Of a stretch of 64,000 nt of DNA, positions 1 through 12,000 are shown piece after piece. The notes below the pieces were generated by a model, which did not search any database, had not been told where the DNA came from, and saw only the letters and a list, made by a program, of their open reading frames with translations. Source of the stretch: Caecitellus pseudoparvulus (taxonomy: Eukaryota; Protista; Bigyra: Bicosoecida); NCBI GenBank assembly GCA_965644315.1, contig CBFFRQ010000087.1, positions 79,724 to 143,723 of the forward strand. Direction: 5' to 3'. Position 1 is the stretch's first letter, and each line of letters begins with the position of its first letter. The translations under genes and the position numbers were made by a program.

Positions 1-370
1 GGCGGGCCTTGGGCGGTGGCGGCGCCGAGGTGTCCACTCGTGGCGCTGGGCCGTGCTCTGCCCCATCGCTGGGCTTGTGTTGCATCTTTGCCGAGAGCTT
101 GCACAGGAATGTAGGCCTTGGATAGCTGTGAATAATCCTGATAGCACGTTGCAGTACCTGATTCGGGAGGGATGCGCGTTGCGGGTGGAGAAAGCGAGCC
201 ACAATGCCACCGCAGCGTTTCGCCTGCGTTGCGTTTGTCCCTGGCAGACAACCCACGCTGCAGGGGTCTGGTACGGCAACAAAAGCCCATCAAGGCAGAT
301 GTTGGTACCGATTAATAAGATGACAAGTGAATTTGGAAACACGCAGTGCTCATGCGCAACAGCTCAGTCC

Positions 371-1249
371 TCAGCGCCCCTTGGGGTACACTGGTCTAGC
401 CAGCACCTGCGCCACCTCGTCAACCAGTCGCCGTGACCGCAGCACGGCATCCTCGGCAAGGCCCTGATGCTCAACCCCTTCACAACCATCAAGCGGCACA
501 CCTACAGCGGCTGCGAGCCCCGCCAAGGCCGGCGTGCCCACGCCGGCTCTGTGCGGTGACCCGGCGGGTGGCGGCTCCTGCAGCGCAAACGCAGCATCCG
601 ATGCACGCCCCAAGGCCAAGCGCGCTGACTTCGCCACAGCGTCCAGACTGGCTTCCACATCGGTAGGGCTGTGCACACACTGATGCTGCCGCTTCCCACG
701 CAGAGCCAAGAGGCTGCCCTCAGCAGCGATGGAGGAAGATAGCGTGCGTTGGGCTTGCTGCACCGCCCGTGAGAACTCCTCACCATGACTGGGCCCTCCG
801 AGGGCATGTGAGCCGTCCAGGTCTTGTATGGGCAAGTGTGTGGCCCGGTCTGCGGCCGCTGCCTGCACTAAGCTGTGCAGCTGTGAGGGTCGCGCGGGGA
901 GGCGGTGCTGCTTGGCAACCAACGCTGGCTGGTCGGGAGCTGGGCTGCTTCATACCTGAGGGAGAGGCACGAAGGAGCCATGCAGTACTGCTTCATGTAT
1001 CTGATGCAACTGAGGCGCTGCTTCCTGGAGCTCTGCAAAGGCCTGCAAGCCAAGGGGAGCGTGGGTGGGCTGCCTGGCGTTGCGGTGGCGTTTCAGCCAA
1101 CTCACAGCTGCCAGTTCTCCCTGGTCACTCTGAAGTGCCTTGAGGGTACTTCGCAGATCTTCTACACTGGACCTCAGCTCATCCACCGTGTCCTGCCGCT
1201 GCTCCAGATCTTGCCCCAAACGTGCCACACGGCGCTGTGTGCTGTCCAT
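371..1249 (-). CDS. Hypothetical protein with N-terminal coiled coil (probably 2 exons)
   Basis: ORF 950..1303 has a heptad-like segment (LEQRQDTVDELRSSVEDLRSTLKALQ) ending at a CAG|GTATGA donor. It probably joins ORF 371..922. No family recognised. Confidence 0.35.
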
Positions 1250-1423
1250 GCTTCGGCAGGGGCTCTTGGCCAGCACAATTCGCACTCGCGTCCACAAAAG
1301 CAAATTCTATCACACCACACCGTCCCGTGCGCTGGCAAGACACCGCTTCTGAAATCTAAGCTCAGATCTGTATTGTTCCTCCGTTGGCTTCAGTACCCTC
1401 TCTGCGTAGCACACGTGGTGGCC

Positions 1424-2913
1424 ATGGGCTCGCCTTGGCCGCAGGCGACTCTGCTTGCCGTGGGTGTCCTTGCAGCTGTGGCGACTGCTGCCGCCGCTAG
1501 CCCACACGCACGCACTGAGGCGGACCAGCCGTCATGGCTTACAATCACAGCATGGTGAGACTGTCCTTGCGCGCTGTGCTCCCAGCCATGCCGGGCAGGC
1601 TGAGAGTTGTGCGCTTTCAGCCATGCACCCACACCACGTGCATTTCACTCGCTCCGTGCAAAGGTACCCCAACGAAGTCCGTATCTTTCCCATCTGCACA
1701 CCATTCTTACAGCAGGTGGCTGTGTCGGCGCCCCCATTGCTGAGCTCACAACCCACCGCTCCCCGGCTCTGCGCAGCAACTCCCCCCCGGCAGCCAGCTG
1801 TACCTGCGAGGTGATGGTCAGGGGCTTTCGTGGGAGAAGGGCCAGGCCATGGTTCCCAGTGGTGTCGACCAATGGTCCCTTAAGCTGCCTCTTTCGCGGG
1901 CCAGCCCCGCACACCTGCAGGTAAAGTGCCTCGTGGACGACTCCGTGTGGCAAATTGGCCCCAACACTGACCTGGACCTGCAGCCCCTGTGGGCTGCAAA
2001 TGCTTCCGTCACGGCAGCTGCCACTGCGTCCATCACGCCTGGCTTTTTTGTCAAGTCTGGCACCGTGCAGCTGCACGCGTTGAGTGCAGCGTATTCGCCA
2101 GAATTGCAGAATGTGCGTGAAGTCTCAGCGTACCTCCCCCCAGCCTACGTGGAGAACAAGTACGCCGTGTTCCCAGTCCTGATCATGCACGATGGGCAGA
2201 ACCTGTTCGCTGCAAACGAGTCAGCATTTGGCACTGCTTGGATGATCCAAGACACCATGGACACCCTCATCGCTGAGGGGGACATGCAGCAGGTTGTCGT
2301 GGTGGGCGTGGCCAACGTCGGCGCCAACAGGACGTATGAGTACACGTATGACGTGGACCCAACTGTGCACGACGGTGGAGGTGCTGATGCATACCTGGAC
2401 TTCCTGGAACTGAACCTGTATCCTTGGATTCAGGCGACTTACCGAGTGCAGCCTCTGGTCCCTGGCATTGGCCCATCGGCCTCACGGTGGAGCATGATTG
2501 GCTCGTCGCTGGGCGGGCTCCTCTCCTGCTACGCTGGGTGGACACGCCCCAACATCTACGGGAAGGTCGGCTGCATGTCCAGCTCCTTCTGGTGGAACAA
2601 CGAAAGCTTCAACAACACAATCTTGGAGACGCCCCCCTCTGTCGGCCCACCGCACCCGGACGTCGTGTTCTACCTCGACTCAGGGAATGCTGGCCCAGAC
2701 AACGATGACGTCGTGCAGACGACCACTGTCTTCAAGCACCTTCTGGCAGACGGGTACACTCGCAATGAGACGGTTTTTCACTACGTGCAGCCTGGGGGTC
2801 AGCACAATGAGTACTATTGGGGGAAGCGCTTTGACGTGCCCTGCAAAGCACTCTTCCCCCCCGCAGCGCAAGCTGTGCTGCCCATGCACACAGGCGACTA
2901 CGTGCATGCGTAG
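1424..2913 (+). CDS. Secreted alpha/beta-hydrolase (putative esterase, IroE/Fes-like) with an N-terminal CBM20-like domain
   Basis: Signal peptide MGSPWPQATLLAVGVLAAVATAAA from ATG 1424. Inferred exons 1424-1554, 1664-1676 and 1777-2913. Motifs LYLRGDGQGLSWEKG, VYLPP-like AYLPP, MHDGQNLF, nucleophile elbow GSSLGG, YLDSG and HNEYYW. Confidence 0.8.
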
Positions 2914-3004
2914 AAATCGGCTGAATTACCGCTTGCAATGCATGACGTGCCTGCTCATCAAGTTTCTGTCGTGGGGGCGGTCAGGCCGCCCGGCCACTTT
3001 CGCG

Positions 3005-6000
3005 TCACTTTCTCAGGCTTGGCAGTGGCAGTCTACGTCTCGTTCGGCGCCCACGCACAGTCTTGTTGGCACTGCGACCTCGTAGTGCGCTTGATCGCCC
3101 TGACGCTTGCCGTGATGCAGCCACGGCAGATGCTGGGACAATTTCTGACGCAGTCGCATCAGTCTGCCCAGTGCTGTGCTCCATCAGAGCTGTCGGTGAC
3201 ACTCCAAGCACCTCAGCCGCTTGCCTCCTGCTCTTGCTGGGCAGTCCTTTCGCTGTGTTCAGTGCCGTCATTCTCAGGTCATACTGAGCTAAGACACGCG
3301 GAAACAAGGTCGCCAAGCTGATGGTGAGAAAGAACGCTGCCTGTAGCGAAATCAGTACGGCGCTTGTGCTGTTTTCTCCGGCATTTGTCCCCAGTGAAGC
3401 GTTTGTGGTGCTGAGACCCTCCGTGACAGAGTGATGGTGGGTCACGATGAAGGCCATGCTGGCAATGAGAATCACAAGTGACAGTGCTTCTAGAGCTGTG
3501 TTCTTCGGGCCCAGGAACGGCCTCTTGTGGGTGTGCAGCCACAAGGACGCGACCCCCACAACCAAGGCTACCATGGCCTGGTCGTACCCGTCATCCAAGC
3601 CTAGCGGCAAGACGGCCAAGATGAACTTGTGGGCAAAAACCACCAACTCATACCAGTACATGTGCCGCGCAGTAGAGTAGCCATCGTAGAGCAAGAGCCA
3701 CCTGGCCTGGAACTTGGAGCGCAGCAGCTGCTGGGGGGAGGTGTTGCGAAGCAGCAGGTACAGTGCCACTGGCGCCACCAGCCCCCCAGCCAGGAGCACG
3801 ATGAGGGAAACAGTCATTGCACTGGCGTGTTCCCCTTCGAGACACTGCACGCTGTAGTCGCCGCGCAAGAAGGACAGCCCCCCGATAGAGCGCAGCGTGC
3901 AGCTAAGCATGCGGGAGCTCTGAACGCAAAGGAGGGCGTAGTTGCAGTAGAAAACTGCAAGCAGTGTTGGCGAGAGCCTGATCTTCTTCATGTGCCCGCA
4001 GCATGTCGTCCGCCGCCTGGCATTTATGGGGATGTACACCAACTTCCACGTTCGCAGCAAGGCAATCGCACTGGCGATTGCGACGGCGAGGAGGCACATG
4101 ATCACCGGAAGACTCAGCGCCGCTCCCCACCGCTGGAGCGTTCCAAGCTTGGCGAGGCATTCAAAGACATTGTTTTCTGTGAAGTTCACGAACATGACCA
4201 TCACCGCAGAGCCAACGTACTTGCGGAACACCTCTGGTTGGTAGATGCCTAGCGTGCCGTAGATGGCCAGGATTTGGAAGTGGCTGACTCCAATGCGCAG
4301 CGAAGCAAGGTCAACTGACGCACCCGGTTTCCACTCCTCAGTCCCAAACTTTGACGACACCAAGACACACACGACGACAGCCCCTAGGATGGCAAGCACG
4401 CCAGCGCAAAGGACCGCGATGGATGTCTTGTCGTTGGCGCACTTCAGGCAGCCTGGTCCGTCCACTGCGAAGCCATCAGCACATACAGCGCACAGAGGAC
4501 CTGTGTACCCTTCGCGACACTCAAACGTGCCATTGCTCCCAACCCCACAGCCTCCAGGACGAGGGCAGCGCACGACTGTGACGTCGGCCGTCAGTTCCTC
4601 ACGAGGCAAGCTGTCCGCCAGCTGAGCTCCTTTGAATGCGAAGAAGTCTGGCAGCAACTCAAGGCGCCCAGCACCACACTTGACCCCTCGCTCAGGGCAC
4701 GTCTGACAGGGCATGCCTCCCCCGTCCGACCACAAGCCGCGCCCACAGAGCTGGCACTGCAGGCCAGATGACCCGAGAGGCACCGCTGCTCCTGGACTGC
4801 AGCCGGTTGACGTAACTGCGAAACTGGCGCTACCAGCAGGGCGACCGCCAAAGTTGCAGCTAGTGGTGAAATTGTACACCACTCCCTTCTCGCCTGAGAA
4901 AGCCAAGGCTGTGAACGGCAGCAGCCCACCTGCAGCTGTCTGCGAAACGCCCTCCAACGATGCGTTGCCAGAACTGCCTGCAAAGTCAACTGTGCACGTA
5001 GTGAAGTTGTCCTCCACCATCCACTCCCCGGAAACTTCATCAATGACTTTTGCGGAGAACCCTAGGGGGGTCCCAGATGGCGTCTCGGGCAACGCTGGTG
5101 AAACAACGCGCAACCCAAGCGCAGGCGTCCTTGACATGAGCGCTTGGGACAGCAACGTGGCCCCACTTGGAAGAACGCAACGTGCCCTCAAACTCAAGGA
5201 AGTGTTTAGCGGAGCATCAACTGTGAGTGAAGGGAATGCCAAGAGTGAGAGGCTTGTGTCCAGCTGCCCTGTACCGCCTCCGAGGCTGGCGCTGGTGGGA
5301 TGCAAGACCTCAAGTGTGCAAGATGTCAGCGTCAAAGGCACCGCGCTAGCTGCTGCCGATGCGCTATCGCTGGGTACGACATGCAGAGAAAGTGGACTTA
5401 GGAGTGGCACCTTCAAGTTTGCCGAGCTTGGAAACAGCACGCTCGGTAAAAGTTGGACAATGTCGATGCGGACTGGTGCCATCCCGACCATAAGTGGGGG
5501 GGAGGCCAGCACCGCGCCACCAAGGGCACACCTTGCCACAAGTCTGAGCGTCGCACGGGAATTCGGCCCAAGTAGTCTGCTTTTAAATGCAAAGTCTGTG
5601 CCTGGGGCGGTAAGCGCACTTTGAGTGTTCACCAGCCTCCACAGCGAGCTCCCATCCTGCATGACTACCGAGCATGAGAAGCGTGGAGCCTGCCCAAAGA
5701 CCTGTGCGCCAGTTGAGAAGGAGGGCTGCACAGCGAGCTCCACTGAGTCCATGTATGTCAAGTTGCTGAGGGCATTGGATCGAACCTCCAGCACGGCTGA
5801 AGGTGTGCTGAGGGTGGCAGAGAGGGGCGGCGGGTCGCCATCAGTGACCGAAGCGCGCTCGCACCGAACCACCACCCGGCTTGCCTTGCCAAAGAAAGAA
5901 TCCTGCACTGCAATGTCAGATATTGAAATTGTGTCATTCACCATTTCATGCACGACGGGCGCGCCAAGTAGCTGTGCTGTGCTGGAATTGCTTGCCTCTA

Positions 6001-9000
6001 CGGACAGCCCGCAGGAGAGCTCCCAAGCCTCAAGCCCAGCTGGGAGAGCTGTTCCAGCGATGAAGACACCAAGAGTGACTTCGAACTTTGATACTTGCCC
6101 TGTGACACTTGGGTACACTTGCACAGGTGGGGGTCGAATCCACCGCAGTTCAAGCGCTGAAAGTCGTGCCGCCTGCACCGCTGGCGCAAGCTGCACCCCC
6201 CTGTACTCGCACTGGAGCTTCCACTGGAAGCGCTTCGTGCACGTGGAGTTAGCCCTGCTGGCATCTGTGACTTCCACTATGGGTCGCAATCCGGAGAAGG
6301 CTATGCTGCTTCCTTCTGTTGGCAGTGTGCCAAGCGCGCTGGTTCCCGAGGCCAGCCGGGCAGCTTCCCCGGCACACAAGCTGGAAACTGAGAGAGTGCA
6401 CCTTGTCCCCTGAACCAGTTCACCACTTGCCACACCCAGGTCTGTTGCAATGATGTGAGCTTGGATATCTTGCGCTGTGCTTCCAACTGCGAGTACCGCC
6501 GGCGGGGGAACAGCAAAGACTGCTGTGATAGTTGGAACTGACACTTGCACTGCAATAGATGCGAGCTGGAATCGACCAAGCCACAGGCACTCCGATGTCA
6601 CGTTAATAAGACTACCGTGTTGTGAGACTTGAATGCCGTACTTTGCCATCGGGAAAAGCAACCCCACCCGATCAATTTCATGTTCGCTCTGCTCGCTGAT
6701 GAGCAAAGGTCGCACTCCGGTCTCTGCTGCAGCACTCCATCCGCATTTCACGGAAGCAGCGGCAGCGGTTGAAGCGGGGAAGTCCCAGATTGCTCCAAAG
6801 GAGCTGTAGTACTCTGATGCGCCGGGTGCAGCAAGCTGAATGGACCATGCTGACGCACTCCAAGCGACCTGTCCCGCTTGCGTTGACGGCCACATGCTGC
6901 TCTGCACGGGGCGAACTAGCTGCGGTGTGATGGACGCAGACACTACTTGCAAAAGTGTTTCGGTGCTGAAGCTGCTTTGTTGCCATTTGCAGTCGCAAGA
7001 GATGACTGTCCCAGTTCCTGGGCTAGCCACTATCCGGAACGTGTGGAACGTTGCGTTGCCTTCACTGCCCACATCAACCGGCCCAGAACCGAGCAGTTGG
7101 AACGATGAACTGTCACCCGCGTTTGTAGAAGAGACATTCAGGGTAGACCAGAGGGTTAGTGCTTGCAGCTCAGGGGAAAGGCGCGAGCGCATGAAGCCGG
7201 GCGATTCTTGCACCAAAGCACATTGCGTGCCTTGCAGCAGCTCCTCAGCAAATGCACTGGCCAGCACGCGCACTGAAGGGAGTCCAGGGGAGAGTGGTGC
7301 AGCCAAAGAAAACGTTCGTGAACTAGTCAGCTGTACTGCAGGCTCAGTGTTCACCCACTGAACTGAAACCGACGGGCTGACGACTTGCAGCCCTCCAGGG
7401 GGCGTGCTGAATAAGGTGCCGTCCACCCAGGTGCAGGTTGCGGTCAAACCTGTTGCAGAGCCAAACTTCCCAGCTGCATATGCATCGAACTCCACACAAC
7501 CATCCCTCAACTTTGCAGCGCTAAACTCTGCCGATATGGCAGTGACCTGTTGGAACACTGGGAGCAGCTGTGACTCAGTGCTGCTTGTCACTGTACACGA
7601 GAAATCCACAGTGCTGTTTGCAAGCTGTGCACCCGATGCCAAGAAGCACACGCGAGGCTTTGGGCTGATGAAGTAGGTTGTCGAAGGGTCGTTGCTTGGT
7701 AGCACATTCAACGGGCTCGCAGTCAGGGTGTCTGAGTGCCAATCGAGGGAAAGGGCTTGGAGAGCGAGCTCTACGGCATCTGTGGCAAACGCCACTGTAG
7801 AAAGATACGTGCAGACGGCTTCAACGTCCACAGTCTGAGCGCGTGTTCCAGTTAGGCCTGGTGAAACGGTGAAGCAAAGGCTGTTGCTGTCCGGCTGACA
7901 GACAGTATTGTACATGGTCGCATCGCCAGCGATCGTTGCATCGCCCTCGGATTTCGTAATTGAAAGTTTGCAAGCTGCAAGGGAACTTGGTACGGTGGCG
8001 GTGGTGTTGGGAAAGGAAACGGTGGCCTGGATGCGGCCGTTCATAGGAACAACTTGAGCGAATCGCGGGCCGCTCGGCAACAGCTGCGGCGAGCCCACAA
8101 GCTGGAGGCTGTGCTGGATGTGATGCGAGAGCACAATCAATGATTCCTGTGTTCTGACGACGTCCCCATTTGGCCACGTACAAGATGCAGCGAGGGTGCC
8201 TGTCACACCGAACACGTTCTGTGCGCCACTCTTCAAAACCAGGGGGACCCCTACAAACTCCAACTCAATCTCTTCTGATCCACTCCCCGTGTCAGTTGAG
8301 TCCAGTTCTGTATCATACTCAATGCGGCTTTCATCCTCGCCGAGAGCGACCAGCGTCGCGAGATGCCCTCCCAAGGTCAGCGTGCACACAGTTGAGAAAC
8401 TGCCTGAGACACCAGACGGCAGGCCCAGCCGAAGCAGTGGCAGTGGCTGAAGCTCAAAGGGTTCTGCATCACTTGTTCCAGAGAGTGCATCCCAGTTGGC
8501 TTGGGTGGTAGGAAGGGCCCCAATCTCCACGCTGACTGAATCGAATGACGGAGTGGACATGGTCAGGTTCACGACAGCTTGCCTGGACACTTCCAGGGTG
8601 TCTCCGTTAGGCTGCACACAGGTTACAATTAAAGTGACTGTTGCATCAAACAGATCTTGAGGAGAGACCCGCTTTATGGAGACACCCAGAGGCTCCAGCT
8701 TTACGATCCCATCGACACTGCTGAGCTCAGATGAGCCTAGCAGCGTGAGCGCACTCGCTCCAGTGCTGACCTGCCCCCGAATCTCAGGGGTGCATGTTAC
8801 CGAGGCAGTTTCTTGCAGCACGCCAGAGGGATTGAAGAGCCCAACAAACAAGCTGTGAGAGGCGAGCAGTGGCGCTGTCGCTGCTGAAACTGGCACTTGC
8901 ATGGAAGGCGTGTCTTGCAGCGGCGTTTCCAGCACCTCATCCATCCAATCAACTTGCAGCGGTTGCAGTTGGGCGACTTGGTCTGCTGCAGTTTTCACTA

Positions 9001-12000
9001 CCTCTGCAGTGCTGAGTCTGCAGAAAGCTTGGAGGTAGTATTCGTTCGAGCCAGCTGCTTGAGACCCGTCGATGCCCAAGTTGTCAAATGTGGCAACGCC
9101 AGCTGAGTTCAAGGCGGACCTCGTCGAGCCAACAAGGCTTGCTAGTGAAGTCGTGCGAGCGTCATTCAACTGAACCCAGCACTCTCCCGGAGATGAGTTG
9201 TCGCCCTCGCCTCCCGCCGACTCTTCACTTGCGGAGGCGGTCAGTTGCAGCTGCACTGTGGGGGCAGGTCGGAGAGCGACGACAGCGTCAACGGTTGATG
9301 CTGCTCCCGACGGTATGGAGCTAGTGGCTGTGAAGTTGATAGTGGGAGGAACTACAATCACATCAAATGTGAGAGGACTAAGGCTTCCACAATTTACGAC
9401 AAGCTTTAGCGCCGCTCCAGACGTAGCCTTAGTGCCAAGAGGGCCTATGGGTACGCGGCCCTCCTCAGCCCTGAAAGTGCTTCGTGTCAGCATGGGGATG
9501 GTCTCTCCACTGCTCGTCTCGGTGTTGACTATACAAGTGGTCTCCGAGTCTGAATCAACAACCTGGCCGTCCTCGTTCAGCAGAGTCACTGTGAAGGGAA
9601 TGCCTGGCGTGACCATGCGCGCGAGCAGCTCCAGGGGAGCTGTCTCGTTGCGATCATGAGTTGCGCGCACAGCTGGGAGAAGCAGCCCTAGCCCACCCAG
9701 AGCGCTTGACCTGCATGTTCCAGACGTGTCACAGAAGGCAGCTCCTTCAGATCCCCGCAGCATGATCGAGTTACGTTGCATGGCTGTGGTAGTCTGCAGC
9801 TGCATGGCGGACACTGAGGCAGCTGCGTAGATGCCTGCGCCCGACCCCTTAGGACCCTGCACGCCCCCCATGGATTCGACTGATATTGATGTGCGTATCC
9901 TGGCTTCATCTGCCTGCCCTGCTGGTGAGTCAACGAACCAAGGCTCCTCGCCTGTGGCAAGTGGAACAGCCTGCAATCCCGTGTCACCCGCGCCGGCGAT
10001 CCCGCTAAGGACAATGGCAGCCACACTCTCGGCAGAGAAGCCACTTGCTGGTGTTCCAGCAAAAGACGAAAGGGCATTTGCAGCAGATGATCCATTGAGG
10101 CCAGTGGTGCGGTCTCCCCAAACCCGGATTCCCTCCACCGTCGTGACCGCGTTCCCAAGCAGCGCCAGAGAGGCGCCTGAGCCGGCTGTATTATTTGTCA
10201 TTTCATTTGAGATGAAAGCAACTTTCTCACAGCCTACCGCAAGCATGCCGGCGCCGATACCACCAAGCGCGCTGTTTGCAACGAACATGCTGTTTGCCAC
10301 GTGTGCAGAGCTGTTGACGAACGCCAACGCTGCACCAAGCCCAGACTCAACAGTGTTGTTGAAGAATGTGGAGGAAGACAAGGACACTGTTCCGTTGCGA
10401 AAGGAAAGGCACCCTCCCGATTTGCCCGCAGTCGAGCCCTGACAGAGTAGTGTGGACACTGCAAGACTGCAGCCGCCGCAGCTATCCACGGAGATTCCCC
10501 CTCCACTGTGCCCCGCGCCAGCGCGAAGGACAGTCATGTCACTGATGAAGGCTTGCGTATATGATCCAGTAAGTGCGATCCCCCCTCCGATCTCAGTAGC
10601 TCTGCAATCTTCCAACTTTGCTCGCTCCACTGTCACAGTAGCACCGTCAACAAGCAACGCTCCCCCAACGCGAGCGGCGGATCGGTACACCTGAAGGTTT
10701 GAGAAGCGTGTATCGATTCCCGTTACGAGCACGGCACCACCGCTTTCTCCCGCACTTGTGGTTTCAAGGGACATGTCAAAGATGCTGATTTCTGGCCTGT
10801 CGGAAGCCTGAAGCCGTCGCCGCAAAGTACTGGGAACTGCCTTGCCTCGGAGCACAAGTCCTCCTCCTCGCTGCGTAGCAGTGCAGTTTCGAATGGCAAC
10901 TGAATCAATGTGTGCTGAACGTACGTTTCCTAGAAAGGCAGCACCGCCTTCCTGTGAGGCACAAGAATCAAAGCCCACGTGCTTCATTCTGACGGACATG
11001 GCACTGGCGCCAGCGTCCACATGCAGGGCCCCTCCAGCTCTTGCTGACGTGCACCGCTCAAATCTGACGTTCTCAATGCGGAGAGTGGAGCCCACTGGCA
11101 TGCCTAAAGTTTTATTGCTTGCTTTAATATCAAGTACGGCACCATCTCCTTGGCTCGAGGCGTCAACGAAGGAGGCGTTCAGAACTTGGACGGTGGCCGA
11201 GTCGAAGGCACGTGTGGTAGCGATGCAAGCAGACGAACACGAAACATTCAGAGCATACACGCCAAACATGCTCAAGTCAACATGAGCGACGGGGCGCAGA
11301 TCAAGCAGCCCAGCAGACCCAAGTGACTGCACATTGGAAGCCACGGAACTGTCAAGTTCAACCACTGTTCGCAAGCTCGAGTTAGTACTCCCGCGGGGCT
11401 GAAACAAAGCACCCGCTCCCAGCGACAGTTGGTCGATGCTCATCTCACTTGCTTGGAACTTGTACAGCAGTCCAGCCGATGACTTTGGTTTGGTAAAGCA
11501 GAAACTGAAGCCTGGCACTGGCTCGTCACATGGAAGCCTGCGGATGCGTTGCTCGTTCAGGTCGGCAACGAAGCAGGACGAGGAGGCGGATCCAGAGGCA
11601 CTCCAACCCATTGGCAATGCACTTTGAGTACCCCAAGGCAGCAATCCCCCTGCGACTGACGCACTGTCCAAGCTTGTTTCAGTGAAGTGGACGAGCTGGA
11701 GCGGGTCATGCGGCAGTGCAACCGTTGAAATGTTCCGCATCGGAGTGACAGCGCTCAGAACCTGGCGGTGAAAAGGCAGCTCTATGCGAGGCAGCTCACA
11801 TCGCCGGCTATGTGCTGCCTGCTTTTGAGTCGAAACACTTGCAGGGGCAAGCCAGGAAACGCAAGTGTCTGCCTCAGCCTGAACTGACACTGCTTCAAAC
11901 CCTGGTGGGCACTCCAGCAGCATGTCTGGTGCAAAAGTATGATCAGTATGTAGAACGACCCCTCCTCTCATTAAGGTGACGTCTTTCAGTCGAATTTGGT

